NCBI GenBank assembly: GCA_963677895.2
Contig: CAXXGJ010000038.1
Span: 64,001 to 128,000, forward strand
Direction of reading: 5' to 3'
DNA length: 64,000 nt
Origin: Treponemataceae bacterium
GTDB lineage: Bacteria; Spirochaetota; Spirochaetia; Treponematales; Rectinemataceae
Below are positions 48,112 through 57,863 of the stretch, piece by piece. Made by a program: the position numbers and the translations under genes. The stretch's first letter is position 1. Every line of letters starts with the position of its first letter. Below the pieces are notes generated by a model that saw nothing but the letters and a program-made list of their open reading frames with translations, searched no databases and was not told the DNA's origin.

Positions 48112-49356
48112 ATGAAAAGTCTGGCGATAGATAGCGAAATCGGCAATCTGCGGCGCGTGATTCTCCATACGCCTGGTCCCGAAATCGAGGCGATGACTCC
48201 GGGAGAGGCCGAAAAGGATCTCTACAACGACATCATTCCCTTGAGTTCGGTCCTGGAAGAGTATCTTCAGCTCAAGAAATTCCTGGCCTGTGTCGCCGAA
48301 GTCCACGAACTCCTGGATCTGCTGACCGACTGCCTTGTCGACGTGGGCAATAAATTCGAATTCCTCACCGATCTGTCGCGCTGCTTTCCTATACGGACCT
48401 CGATGGAGGAGTTCATGGGCATGCCCGCCAGGCAGCTGGCTGAGGCAATCGTCCATGGCGTGCAAGCCCCGGCGAATTCCCTGGCCCATCGCCTGGATGA
48501 GGAAAGCTTCATCTCTAGACCGCTTCCGAACACCTATTTCATGAGGGACAGCGCCGCCGTGATCGGGGACTGCGCCGTATCGGCCGCTACCGCCTTCGAC
48601 GTGCGCATGGTCGAAGCGGTGATCACGCGTTTCATCTTCACCCATCATCAGGACTTCGCGGCCAGAACCCTCCTTTTCGACGGACCTTCGGAGAGAAACC
48701 GCTACATGACCATCGAGGGCGGCGATATCATCGTGCTTTCCCCCACCGTTTTCGCCATCGGGGTTTCGGAACGCACGACGCCCTACGCCGTGGAACGCAT
48801 CGCCAAGAACGCGGCGAGGATTTCGGAGTCGGATATCACGGTATTCGCCGTCGACCTGCCCAAGACGAGGGCGACAATCCATCTCGACATGGTATTCACG
48901 ATGATCGACAGCGACGCGGCACTCGTCTACGAGCCCGCCATCCTCGGGGCGAAGAGAAATTCAGTCTATCGGATCGACGCGGGGAAGGGCGGAAAGCTGA
49001 AGTACAGGGAAGTGGATTCCCTGCTGTCGGGTTTGAAGGAACAGGGCATGGACCTCGCTCCCATACTCTGCGGCAAGGGCCATCGCATCCATCAGCAGCG
49101 CGAGCAGTGGCTTTCGGGCGCTAATTCCTTCGCTTTCGCCCCCGGGAAGATAATCATGTATTCCTGCAACAAGTTCACCGTGGAAGCCTTGTCAGACGCG
49201 GGATTCTCCATCGTCAAATCGGAGAACTTCATAAGCGGCAAGGAATCAGTCGCCGACTACGAACATCTGGCGGTGACCTTCGACGGCATTGAACTGGCGC
49301 GAGGGGGCGGCGGCGCGCGCTGCATGACCCTTCCCGTGGAGAGAGACAAGGTCTAG
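48112..49356 (+). CDS. arcA: arginine deiminase
   Basis: SEIGNLRRVILHTPG, PLPNTYFMRD, IEGGD, GVSERT, HLDMVFT, ELARGGGGARCMT. Confidence 0.96.
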   Translation: MKSLAIDSEIGNLRRVILHTPGPEIEAMTPGEAEKDLYNDIIPLSSVLEEYLQLKKFLACVAEVHELLDLLTDCLVDVGNKFEFLTDLSRCFPIRTSMEEFMGMPARQLAEAIVHGVQAPANSLAHRLDEESFISRPLPNTYFMRDSAAVIGDCAVSAATAFDVRMVEAVITRFIFTHHQDFAARTLLFDGPSERNRYMTIEGGDIIVLSPTVFAIGVSERTTPYAVERIAKNAARISESDITVFAVDLPKTRATIHLDMVFTMIDSDAALVYEPAILGAKRNSVYRIDAGKGGKLKYREVDSLLSGLKEQGMDLAPILCGKGHRIHQQREQWLSGANSFAFAPGKIIMYSCNKFTVEALSDAGFSIVKSENFISGKESVADYEHLAVTFDGIELARGGGGARCMTLPVERDKV

Positions 49357-49399
49357 CGCGTCACTATTTCCTTTTGAATATGCTCTTTCAAATACAAGA

Positions 49400-49432
49400 A
49401 AAAGCCCTTCCGGCAAAACCGGAAGGGCTTTT
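49400..49432. terminator. bidirectional terminator between arcA and nrdJ
   Basis: AAAAGCCCTTCCGG-CAAAA-CCGGAAGGGCTTTT. Confidence 0.9.
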
Positions 49433-49465
49433 ATTATAAATCATACATAGTGAATCAATAAAACA

Positions 49466-52400
49466 TCAGCTGCAGCCTGTCGTGGAACCGCAGGTTTCGC
49501 ACTTGAGGCAGGTGCCGTTACGCACGAGCGTGAGGTTGCCGCATGCGGGGCAGGGGTCACCCTCATAGCCTTTCTGCCTTGCCGTGCGCATGGACTTGAT
49601 CGCAGGACTGAGGGAGGTGGCCTGCGACGGAGGCAGTTCTTTTCGGGAAGGCGTGAACGAAGGGCTCGCGACGGGCGAGGATACGATGGTCTGCACGGGC
49701 TTGGAAGGGTGATTGGAGCGGCCGTTCTCGAATGCCGACTTATGCTCGTTGTCGCTGGACTTGGACTGCATCGCCGTCGAAACGAGGTCTTCGGGCTTTA
49801 TCTGACCCAGTTCGTGTCGGTTCTGATAGGAAATGGCCAGATCCCTGAAAATATAATCCAGGACGCTGGTGGCCATCTTGATGTAATCGTGGCCCTGCAC
49901 GACGCCGTTGGGCTCGAACTTGGTGAAGGTGAAGGCGTCTATGTATTCTTCGAGGGGGACTCCGTATTGGAGACCCAACGATACGGCGATCGCGAAGGAA
50001 TTCAGGATGCTCCGGAAAGCGGCGCCTTCCTTGTGCATATCGAGGAATATCTCGCCCACGCTTCCATCCTCGTACTCTCCCGTGCGGAGGAATACGGAAT
50101 GTCCCGCGATCTTGGCCTTCTGCGTATAGCCTTTTCTGCGGTTGGGCAGGGATTTTCGCAAGCCTCGCGGCGATTGGGGCATGCCTGGCAGCTCCGGCTC
50201 CATCATGGATTTTTCGGGAACGGACTGCGTGATCTCGGCGGCGTCTTCATTCTCTTCCAGGGATCCTGTCTGCAGGGCGACGATGGAGTCCGCTATCATG
50301 TCGACGCCGGGCGACAGCGCGGAGAGCGGCTGCGAGAGCTTGGAGCCGTCCCGATAGAGGGCGATGGACTTCAGCATGGCTTTCCACGCGAGCATGTAGG
50401 CGGCTTTGACCTCTTCGCTGGAGACGGTGTTGGGCATATTGATCGTCTTGGAGATGGCTCCGGTGACGAAGGGCTGCACGGCCGACATCATGGCGATGTG
50501 CGCCTTCCAGTCTATGCTGCGAGTCCCTTTCTTCCCCGAAGGCGTCGCGGTGTCGAATACGGACAGATCCTCTTCCTTGAGGCCGGGAGCGCCTTCCAGG
50601 CCCATGGTTCCGCAGGAGAAAAGCTCGGCTCTCTCAATTTCCTCGGGACTGTAGCCGAGCCAGACGAGAAGGCTGAAGGAGGGATCGCCGTATTCACTCT
50701 CCGAAACGCCGAGGGAAGACATGGCCTCGGCGCCGAGGAGGTGGGGCGAGAAACAGCTTTCCAGGGAGAAAGCGCTCTTGAGGGCGGATTCGATCTTGGC
50801 GATGCTTTCATCTCCCAGTCCCTTTTCCTTGAGCGCCTGGATGGAGATGTCGGGCGAACCCTCGAGGGTTTCTGAACCGAGCGCGTACTGGAGGATACTT
50901 TCGATCGAGGCTTTGTCGTATCCCAGAGCGTGGAGAGCGGGAGGAACGCTTGAGTTGATGATCTTGAAGTACCCGCCGCCGGCGAGTTTCTTGAACTTCA
51001 CGAGGGCGAAGTCGGGTTCGACGCCGGTCGTGTCGCAGTCCATGAGGAGACCAATGGTCCCGGTGGGCGCTATGGCCGTGACCTGGGCGTTCCGGTATCC
51101 GTGTTTCTGTCCGAGGGCGAGGGCATCGTCCCAGGATTCGCGGGCCGCCGCCACGAGATTGCCGGGGCAGGCCCATTCCTTGAGCCCCATGGGCGTTATC
51201 GTCAGTTTTTCATATTCTTCGGGCTTGGCGTCGTAGGCGGCCCGTCTGTGGTTGCGGACCACCCTGAGCATGATGTCCTTGTTGTTGTCGTAGCGGGCGA
51301 AGCTGCCCCATTCTGACGCCATGCGGGCGGACTGGGCGTAAGCCTCGCCGGTGAGTATGGCGGAGAGCGCCGCCGCCACCGCGCGGCCTTCGTCGGAATC
51401 GTAGGCGAGGCCCATGACCATGAGAAGGCTGCCGAGATTGGCGTAGCCCAGGCCGAGTGTCCGGTAGTCGATGCTTCGGCGCGCGATTTCCTTGGAGGGA
51501 AACTGGGCCATGACGACGGAAATTTCCAGCACCGTGGTCCAGAGCCTGATGGCGTGCCTGTAGGAATCGTCGTCGAAAGTTTCAGTCTTGGCGTCGTAGA
51601 ATCTGAGGAGGTTGAGCGACGCGAGGTTGCATGCCGTATCGTCGAGGAACATGTATTCGGAGCAGGGATTGGAAGCTTTTATCTCACCGTCGTTCAGGCA
51701 GGTATGCCATTCGTTCACCGTGCTGTGGAACTGAAGCCCCGGATCGGCGCATTGCCACGCGGCTCTCGCTATGTCGTTCCAGAGTTTTCTGGCCTTTATC
51801 GTCTTCATGACCTTGTCGGTCGTGCGGGCCTTGAGATTCCAGTCCGCGTCGTCCATGACCGCTTTCATGAAAGCGTTGTCCACGCGCACGGAATTGTTGG
51901 ACGATTGGCCTGATACCGTATTGTAAGCCTCGGATTCCCAGGCGGTGTCGTACTGGGCCAGAGGGATCAGCTCTCCCGTTTGGTGGTACATGGAGAGGAC
52001 CTGGTGAATCCATGCCGAGGGTATGCCCGCCACCAGGGCTTCCTTGACGGATTTCCGCAGGGCTGAGTTTTCGGCGAACGAGAAGGAGGCTTCGCGGGGC
52101 AACCCCGAGTTTTCGACAGACGCTATCATGGAGTCGGCGTAGCGGCGCAGGACGGCGCTTCCCGCGGCGAGGCAGGCTACTTTATATTCCTCTTCGGCCT
52201 TCCACGCCACATAGGGCTCTATATCGGGGTGATCGGCGTCGAGAATCACCATCTTGGCCGCCCTTCTCGTCGTTCCTCCCGACTTGACCGCGGCCGCGGA
52301 GCGATCCGCTATCTTGAGGAAGGAAAGGAGTCCCGAGGAAACTCCGCCGCCGGAGAGGTTCTCCTGCGCGGCCCTGATCTTGGAGAAGTTGGAGCCCGTT

Positions 52401-53062
52401 CCGGAGCCGTACTTGAAGAGCCTAGCCTCCCTCGTGATGAGGTCCATTATGCCGCCCTCGTTGACGAGGTCATCCTTGATATCCAGGATGAAACAGGCGT
52501 GGGGCTGGGGTCGGGCATAGGCGGATTCCGATTTGACCACCTCGTTGGTTTCGGGATTCACGTAGAAATGGCCTTGGGGCGGTCCCTCGATTCCATAAAC
52601 CGCGTTGAGTCCGGTGTTGAACCACTGCGGGCTGTTCGGGGCGGCCAGCTGGTGCGCCAGCATATAGACGAGTTCGTCGTAGAATGCTTTCTCATCCTCG
52701 TCTGAATCGAAATACCCGGCTTCCTTTCCCCAGAGGCACCAGGTATAGGCCAGCCGGTGAAAAACCTGGCGGGCGTCATGCTCGGAGCCGGGAACCGGAC
52801 TGTCCGAGGAGTTTGCCGTCTGGGATTCGGGCACGAACTGCGTCCACTTACGCGCGGTCTCGGTCGAAACGCCCGCCTTCCTGAAATATTTCTGGGCCAG
52901 GATATCGGTCGCGATCTGGCTCCAGGAAGACGGCACGACGACGGAGTCCATATGGAACACGATCTTGCCGTTCGGATTTCGTATCTCGCTGGTCCTGCTT
53001 TCCCATTCGATTCCCTCATATGGACCGCTGTCTTTTTTTGTAAATTTTCTCTCGAATTTCAT
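49466..53062 (-). CDS. nrdJ: class II (adenosylcobalamin-dependent) ribonucleotide reductase
   Basis: [49 protein letters not shown] and a C-terminal Cys cluster. GGAGG SD supports ATG 53062. Confidence 0.97.
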   Translation of the reverse strand: MKFERKFTKKDSGPYEGIEWESRTSEIRNPNGKIVFHMDSVVVPSSWSQIATDILAQKYFRKAGVSTETARKWTQFVPESQTANSSDSPVPGSEHDARQVFHRLAYTWCLWGKEAGYFDSDEDEKAFYDELVYMLAHQLAAPNSPQWFNTGLNAVYGIEGPPQGHFYVNPETNEVVKSESAYARPQPHACFILDIKDDLVNEGGIMDLITREARLFKYGSGTGSNFSKIRAAQENLSGGGVSSGLLSFLKIADRSAAAVKSGGTTRRAAKMVILDADHPDIEPYVAWKAEEEYKVACLAAGSAVLRRYADSMIASVENSGLPREASFSFAENSALRKSVKEALVAGIPSAWIHQVLSMYHQTGELIPLAQYDTAWESEAYNTVSGQSSNNSVRVDNAFMKAVMDDADWNLKARTTDKVMKTIKARKLWNDIARAAWQCADPGLQFHSTVNEWHTCLNDGEIKASNPCSEYMFLDDTACNLASLNLLRFYDAKTETFDDDSYRHAIRLWTTVLEISVVMAQFPSKEIARRSIDYRTLGLGYANLGSLLMVMGLAYDSDEGRAVAAALSAILTGEAYAQSARMASEWGSFARYDNNKDIMLRVVRNHRRAAYDAKPEEYEKLTITPMGLKEWACPGNLVAAARESWDDALALGQKHGYRNAQVTAIAPTGTIGLLMDCDTTGVEPDFALVKFKKLAGGGYFKIINSSVPPALHALGYDKASIESILQYALGSETLEGSPDISIQALKEKGLGDESIAKIESALKSAFSLESCFSPHLLGAEAMSSLGVSESEYGDPSFSLLVWLGYSPEEIERAELFSCGTMGLEGAPGLKEEDLSVFDTATPSGKKGTRSIDWKAHIAMMSAVQPFVTGAISKTINMPNTVSSEEVKAAYMLAWKAMLKSIALYRDGSKLSQPLSALSPGVDMIADSIVALQTGSLEENEDAAEITQSVPEKSMMEPELPGMPQSPRGLRKSLPNRRKGYTQKAKIAGHSVFLRTGEYEDGSVGEIFLDMHKEGAAFRSILNSFAIAVSLGLQYGVPLEEYIDAFTFTKFEPNGVVQGHDYIKMATSVLDYIFRDLAISYQNRHELGQIKPEDLVSTAMQSKSSDNEHKSAFENGRSNHPSKPVQTIVSSPVASPSFTPSRKELPPSQATSLSPAIKSMRTARQKGYEGDPCPACGNLTLVRNGTCLKCETCGSTTGCS

Positions 53063-53127
53063 CCTATTCCTCCACATATCAGCACATAACAGCTATCGTA
53101 CGTGTAAATTCCGACTTTTTGATTTTT

Positions 53128-53174
53128 GTACAATCTGTAACGGCATAACAAAACACCACTACAACATATAGTGG
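53128..53174. promoter_or_regulatory. NrdR box(es) upstream of nrdJ
   Basis: CTACAACATATAGTGG (53159-53174) fits acaCwAtATaTwGtgt; a weaker GTACAATCTGTAACGG lies 31 bp away (53128). Confidence 0.7.
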
Positions 53175-53279
53175 TGTTCTCTATACGCTGTCCAACTTAT
53201 AATCAATATTCCGCGTGAATGCAATAGGCTTAACGTAAAATAGTAAGTCCGCGGCAAAAATATTCCGATAGGAGAGCAT

Positions 53280-54290
53280 ATGATAAACGGAAAGCGCGCT
53301 TCGCTCCTCATATTCGCGATTTTCCTGTCATCGTGCGCCTATGCCCTGGATGCCACGACGCTCCTGGATTTCGGAAAGAAGTCGAAGGCAGAGATTTCCT
53401 TCGACCCGCTGACGTCCAGCGGGTTCATCGAGCAGAACGGCAGCTTCGTGTCTTTCGTCGTGGATCAACCTTTCATCGTCCTGGATTGGAAAAATCTGAA
53501 GCGTGTGGAGGCGCCTTATCTTTCGGGTGAAAAACTGATGCTTCCCGCCGCATTCGCCAGGGAAGTCACGGATTATTTTTCGATGAAAAACGCCCCGAAG
53601 AAGGAAAAATACTCAGTGGCCACCATTCTCGTCGACCCTGGACATGGGGGCAAGGATACGGGGGCGATAGGCGAGGTGGGGGAACTCAGGCTGCTGGAGA
53701 AGGATCTGACCCTGGAAGTCTCAAAACGTGTGGTTGAGCTCCTCAGAAACAGTTATCCGGACAGGAACATCATCATAACGAGGGAAGGGGACAGCTATCC
53801 CACCCTGGACGACAGGGTGGCCATGGCGAATTCCGCGGGGCTGAAGAACGACGAAGCCGTAATCTATATTTCAATCCACGCTAACGCTTCTTTCAACAAG
53901 AACGCGAAGGGTTTCGAGGTCTGGTACCTCAACCCCGAATACAGGAGGACGGTCGTCGACGCGAACACGGTGAAGGAGAAGGGGACGGAGATAGCGCCCA
54001 TTCTCAACGCGATGCTCGAAGAGGAGTTTACGACCGAGAGTATAATCCTAGCGCGAAAGGTATACGACAGGCTGGGGTTGGCGATCGGCAAGCAGAGCCC
54101 CGGAAGAGGGATAAGAGCCGAGGAGTGGTTTGTCGTCCGCAACGCCAAAATGCCGTCCATACTCATTGAGATGGGATTCATCACTCATCCCGACGAGGGG
54201 GCCCTTCTCGCCGGTTCCGGGTACTTGAGGAAGATCGGAGATGCGATCTACAATGGCATCGTCGATTTCATAGATCATTTCGAAGGGTAA
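53280..54290 (+). CDS. N-acetylmuramoyl-L-alanine amidase (Amidase_3)
   Basis: DPGHGGKDTGA, EKDLTL, ISIHANA, ILIEMGF; signal peptide. Confidence 0.95.
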   Translation: MINGKRASLLIFAIFLSSCAYALDATTLLDFGKKSKAEISFDPLTSSGFIEQNGSFVSFVVDQPFIVLDWKNLKRVEAPYLSGEKLMLPAAFAREVTDYFSMKNAPKKEKYSVATILVDPGHGGKDTGAIGEVGELRLLEKDLTLEVSKRVVELLRNSYPDRNIIITREGDSYPTLDDRVAMANSAGLKNDEAVIYISIHANASFNKNAKGFEVWYLNPEYRRTVVDANTVKEKGTEIAPILNAMLEEEFTTESIILARKVYDRLGLAIGKQSPGRGIRAEEWFVVRNAKMPSILIEMGFITHPDEGALLAGSGYLRKIGDAIYNGIVDFIDHFEG

Positions 54291-54295
54291 ATCCA

Positions 54296-54751
54296 TTGAG
54301 TGAAAGCGCTTCAAGGCCGGGTCGCCCTCGCGGCTGGCTGTTCGTCATTCCCGCCATCGTAATACTCGCCCTCATCCTCAACGGGCTCAATCCCGCCGCC
54401 CGTCGCGCACGCCTCTACTTCCTCGATGCGCACAGGACCAAGCTCTCGGTAGAAACGAGAAACCTCTCCCTGGTGGGATCCCTGGAAGAACGTTCGAAGC
54501 GAGTGCTCGAGGAACTTATGCTGGGGCCGATCGGTTATTCGCTTCAGCCTCTTTTCAAGCAGGACGCCCGATTGGGCGCCGTCATGCATCGCGGCAATCG
54601 ACTCATCGTGGAACTGACGATACCCGATCCGGCGGGGCTCGATGTTTCCTTCAGGCTCATTAGGTCGGCTTTTGAAAAAACGATAGCGGAGTCGGTGCCG
54701 GGCGCCGGAGTCCTCGAACTCTATGTCAACGGAAACCTGGCCATCCGCTGA
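54296..54751 (+). CDS. membrane-anchored GerMN-like protein
   Basis: N-terminal TM, LYF, LEELMLGP, LYVNG; follows the amidase. Confidence 0.6.
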   Translation: MSESASRPGRPRGWLFVIPAIVILALILNGLNPAARRARLYFLDAHRTKLSVETRNLSLVGSLEERSKRVLEELMLGPIGYSLQPLFKQDARLGAVMHRGNRLIVELTIPDPAGLDVSFRLIRSAFEKTIAESVPGAGVLELYVNGNLAIR

Positions 54752-54813
54752 ACTGAACTCGCAGACATGAGATTTCGTTTCTCTATTCGTGGATTCGGTG
54801 ATATATTCCCAGT

Positions 54814-56208
54814 ATGCCTATGGAACAGTCAGTGCTCGTCATTCCGGACAAGGCTAAACTCTCAACGCAGTACGCCGATTCCAAACCTCGCTACGAGGAA
54901 GCCCTGTCGAGCTTTCTCTCGATGGTCGAGTCGGTGCTTTCCAATAACGGCCTGAAACCGACGCTGAAAGGGCGGGTCAAGGAATTCGATTCCTATTACG
55001 CCAAGAAGCTGCGGCTGCTCAAGAAAGCCTGGACGGAAAAGGCAGGCACCCTGCCCGTGAACGACGTCATCGCCATCCGCGTCATCTGCCCTTTTCTCGG
55101 CGATCTGGCCAAGGCGGAAAAGATACTGTCTGAGCGTTTTTCAGTCGAGGAAATAGAGCGAAAGGGAGCGGAACGATCCTTCCGCGAATTCGGCTATGAA
55201 TCCATCCATCTCCTCGTGCGGATTCCCGAGGAGATCATGCCGCTCTGCCCGCATATCGAACGCCATGTCATCGAAATCCAGCTTAGGACCATACTTCAGG
55301 AAGCCTGGGCGGAGGTGGAGCACGAGCTCGTCTACAAGGCCGAGTTCACCCCTTTTGACGAACCCATGAGGAGAAAACTCGCGGCGCTCAACGCCAACCT
55401 CACGCTCTCGGATATAATCTTCCAGGAGATTCTCGAGTTCGAGAAGCGGCTCAACGCCGAGCTTGGACATCGAAGAGAGGTTTTTTACCGAAAAATCGAG
55501 GAAGTGGCCGATGCGCCCGAATCCGGAGCGGGGGATGAGGTCCGGAAGGCCGGCGAGGCTGATTCCGGCACGCTGCCCGGAGACGCGTTGCCCGGAAGCC
55601 CCGGAGACGTGCCGCCAGGAGGCCCCGTGGATGCGTCGCCCAAGGCGTCGCGACCCGAGGACCAGCTCCCCGACGGACCCTTCGGAGGATCGGCGGGCAA
55701 ACACGATATGGACGGCTATGGGAACTTCGGGATGGACGGCCTGCTTCTCGCGGCTCTCGAGGCGCACAACAAGGCCGATTTTGACAAGGCGGTGCGCATC
55801 TACAGCACCATCGTCGCCGAGAAACCGGACAGGGAGATAGCCTCGGTCGTCTACAAACACAGAGGCATGGCCTATTTCGCCCAGTCCAGATATCACGAAG
55901 CCCTCCAGGATTTCAGCTCCTGCCTGACCTTGGATCCCGAATGCTACAAGGCGCTCTATTATCGCGGCGTCGTGAAAAGCGTCCTTGAGGATTTTCTCGG
56001 CGCCGCTGAAGATTTCTCGGCGGCGCTGCAGATTCATCCTTATCACTTCTTCTCGCGGTACAGAAGGGCCCTCTGTTATTTCAAGATGGGCGACACGGCC
56101 ACCGCCCATGCCGACTGCGAAGTAGCGCTCAGGATAGAGCCCGAAAACGCGCTGGCGCTGCATCTCTTCGCGAAAATAAAGGAAAAACTGGCGCTCGAGG
56201 ATTTCTAG
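54814..56208 (+). CDS. small alarmone ((p)ppGpp) synthetase fused to TPR repeats
   Basis: GRVKEFDS, DVIAIRV, GYESIHL, EIQLRTILQEAWAEVEHELVYK; C-terminal TPRs (RGMAYF, KALYYRG). Confidence 0.9.
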   Translation: MPMEQSVLVIPDKAKLSTQYADSKPRYEEALSSFLSMVESVLSNNGLKPTLKGRVKEFDSYYAKKLRLLKKAWTEKAGTLPVNDVIAIRVICPFLGDLAKAEKILSERFSVEEIERKGAERSFREFGYESIHLLVRIPEEIMPLCPHIERHVIEIQLRTILQEAWAEVEHELVYKAEFTPFDEPMRRKLAALNANLTLSDIIFQEILEFEKRLNAELGHRREVFYRKIEEVADAPESGAGDEVRKAGEADSGTLPGDALPGSPGDVPPGGPVDASPKASRPEDQLPDGPFGGSAGKHDMDGYGNFGMDGLLLAALEAHNKADFDKAVRIYSTIVAEKPDREIASVVYKHRGMAYFAQSRYHEALQDFSSCLTLDPECYKALYYRGVVKSVLEDFLGAAEDFSAALQIHPYHFFSRYRRALCYFKMGDTATAHADCEVALRIEPENALALHLFAKIKEKLALEDF

Positions 56209-56222
56209 GAACAGCGAGGATA

Positions 56223-56251
56223 TTGACAAGGGGAGCCATTTCTTGGTAGCT
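56223..56251 (+). promoter_or_regulatory. tRNA-Glu promoter
   Basis: TTGACA-17 nt-TAGCTT with an upstream TG. Confidence 0.65.
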
Positions 56252-56290
56252 TGCACCCCGGACGCGGAGACGCGAGTTTTCGCGGTATTG

Positions 56291-56362
56291 GTCCCCATCG
56301 TCTAGCGGTCAGGACAGCGGGTTTTCATCCCGCCAACAGGGGTTCGATTCCCCTTGGGGATA
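56291..56362 (+). tRNA. tRNA-Glu(TTC)
   Basis: GTCCCCATCGTCTAGCGGTCAGGACAGCGGG-TTTTCAT-CCCGC...GGTTCGATTCCCCTTGGGGATA. Confidence 0.96.
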
Positions 56363-56365
56363 ACA

Positions 56366-56415
56366 GCGATCGGCAATGCAGTTGCGGAGCAACGGCAAGC
56401 CGGTCGCTTTTTTTT
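56366..56415 (+). terminator. terminator after tRNA-Glu
   Basis: AGCGATCGGC...GCCGGTCGCT followed by a T run. Confidence 0.7.
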
Positions 56416-56967
56416 AGCCCTGCCATTTGAAGCTTATGTGCGTTGCCGCACAGATCATCGCAAAACCCCGGAGTATCCTTGTTTTGAAGACTCGCAAAAG
56501 GAGCATGGTATGAATGAAAACAAGGAACGACAAGGGCCTGAAGATTCGAAAAACAGAAAGTCATTTTCTTTCAGCCGGATATCCAGCTTGAAAAGACCTT
56601 ACGAATATCTTTTGACGTCCAAACTGGTTCGCGCCTCCAAGCCGATCCTTAGCGCCGGCGTTGTCGTCTAGGGAAGTCTGCACATGGAAAATCAATACGC
56701 CTTGATTACGAACATAGGCATCGCGGCTTTCGCCTCTGCCATGAGCCTATGGCTCTGGATCTTCTCCAAGGCTATTAAAAAAGGAACGACGCCAAGTCAA
56801 GCTCTAAGGTATGTGCGCCACCGAACAGATAAAGCCGCGACTTCTTCTTATATTTATATCGAGACGAAAGAATCATGAGGCTTTGACGCCAGCGCTACAT
56901 CATCGCGACCGCGCACAACGGTTCTGCGCGAAGCATGCCGCTCCGGAAAGCCTCCAAGGAAAGAAAA

Positions 56968-57312
56968 ATGGTTCGCATAATTGTTAGCGTTGTCCTGTTA
57001 GTTCTTCTCGCGGCCCTTGTTACATTGAATCTCGGGTTCACAACCTCGGTCGATCTATTGGGAATTCGTCGTATGGAAAACGTTTCCATCGTAGCGGTAA
57101 GCGCCCTGAGCTTCGCCTTTGGCATCGTCTATTCCCTGTTCATCTACTTTGGAAGCTATCGTCACGGCAAGGCCAAAAGGCTTTTGGCTGACAAGGTGCG
57201 AAGCATTAGGGAACGAGGGAAACAGCTCGACATTCGCGAGGCCGAGAAAGACAAAGTCGATGGGGCGGCGATTGCCAACGCGAAAACGCAGACCGCCATG
57301 CCTCTGGATTGA
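56968..57312 (+). CDS. small two-TM membrane protein, LapA-like
   Basis: Two hydrophobic helices (..LVTLNLG..VDLLG..VSIVAV..SFAFG) and a basic coiled tail. Confidence 0.6.
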   Translation: MVRIIVSVVLLVLLAALVTLNLGFTTSVDLLGIRRMENVSIVAVSALSFAFGIVYSLFIYFGSYRHGKAKRLLADKVRSIRERGKQLDIREAEKDKVDGAAIANAKTQTAMPLD

Positions 57313-57370
57313 TATGACCTGCGCTTTTGAATCGGTTCATACGTTTTAAGCAAAGAAAGGAGTCATCGTC

Positions 57371-57763
57371 ATGAATGGAAAATTGGATGTGGTGAAGGGC
57401 CGAATAAAGGAAGCAGCGGGCGTGCTGGTCGACAATAAGGAACTTCGCAACGAAGGCAAGGCGGATCAGGTAGCGGGCAAGGCAAAAGAGGTCGTTGAGG
57501 AGACCGTCCAGAAGATCAAGGAAGATGCCAGGAAGGTCATCAACCAGCAGACAATCACGAACTTCAACGGAAAAATGGACATAGCGAAAGGCCGAATCAA
57601 GGAAGCCGCAGGCGTATTGGCAGGCGACGAAGCGCTTCGCGTCGAAGGGAAGGCAGACCAGGTGGCCGGGAAGGCGAAGGAATTCGTCGAGACAACCGCC
57701 CAGAAAATCAGGGAAACCGCCCAGAAGACGATCGATCAGCTCAAAGACAAAGCCAAGCAATAA
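57371..57763 (+). CDS. CsbD-family stress protein with two tandem CsbD units
   Basis: KGRIKEAAGVL...LR.EGKADQVAGKAKE occurs twice with a 64-aa period; AAGGAG SD. Confidence 0.9.
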   Translation: MNGKLDVVKGRIKEAAGVLVDNKELRNEGKADQVAGKAKEVVEETVQKIKEDARKVINQQTITNFNGKMDIAKGRIKEAAGVLAGDEALRVEGKADQVAGKAKEFVETTAQKIRETAQKTIDQLKDKAKQ

Positions 57764-57776
57764 TCGCTCAATCGAG

Positions 57777-57818
57777 AAAAACCCGCATGCCGCGCTCAGA
57801 GCCGGCATGCGGGTTTTT
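57777..57818. terminator. bidirectional terminator
   Basis: AAAAACCCGCATGCCG...CGGCATGCGGGTTTTT. Confidence 0.88.
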
Positions 57819-57863
57819 TAGCGTAAAGCATCATAAATCCGTTTTCATGCTCCAGAAAATCCT

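Noticed and set aside
49466..53062. Possible intein or intron in the ~1200-aa NrdJ
   Set aside because: No splice-junction or homing-endonuclease motifs seen; the length fits long class II enzymes.
53063..53279. Cobalamin riboswitch upstream of nrdJ
   Set aside because: No B12-box or GGGAA core; the region is short and AT-rich and is explained by promoters and NrdR boxes.
56291..56362. G1-U72 wobble in tRNA-Glu as a sign of 3'-end replacement
   Set aside because: G1-U72 occurs naturally in tRNA-Glu of other bacteria, so it is not diagnostic.
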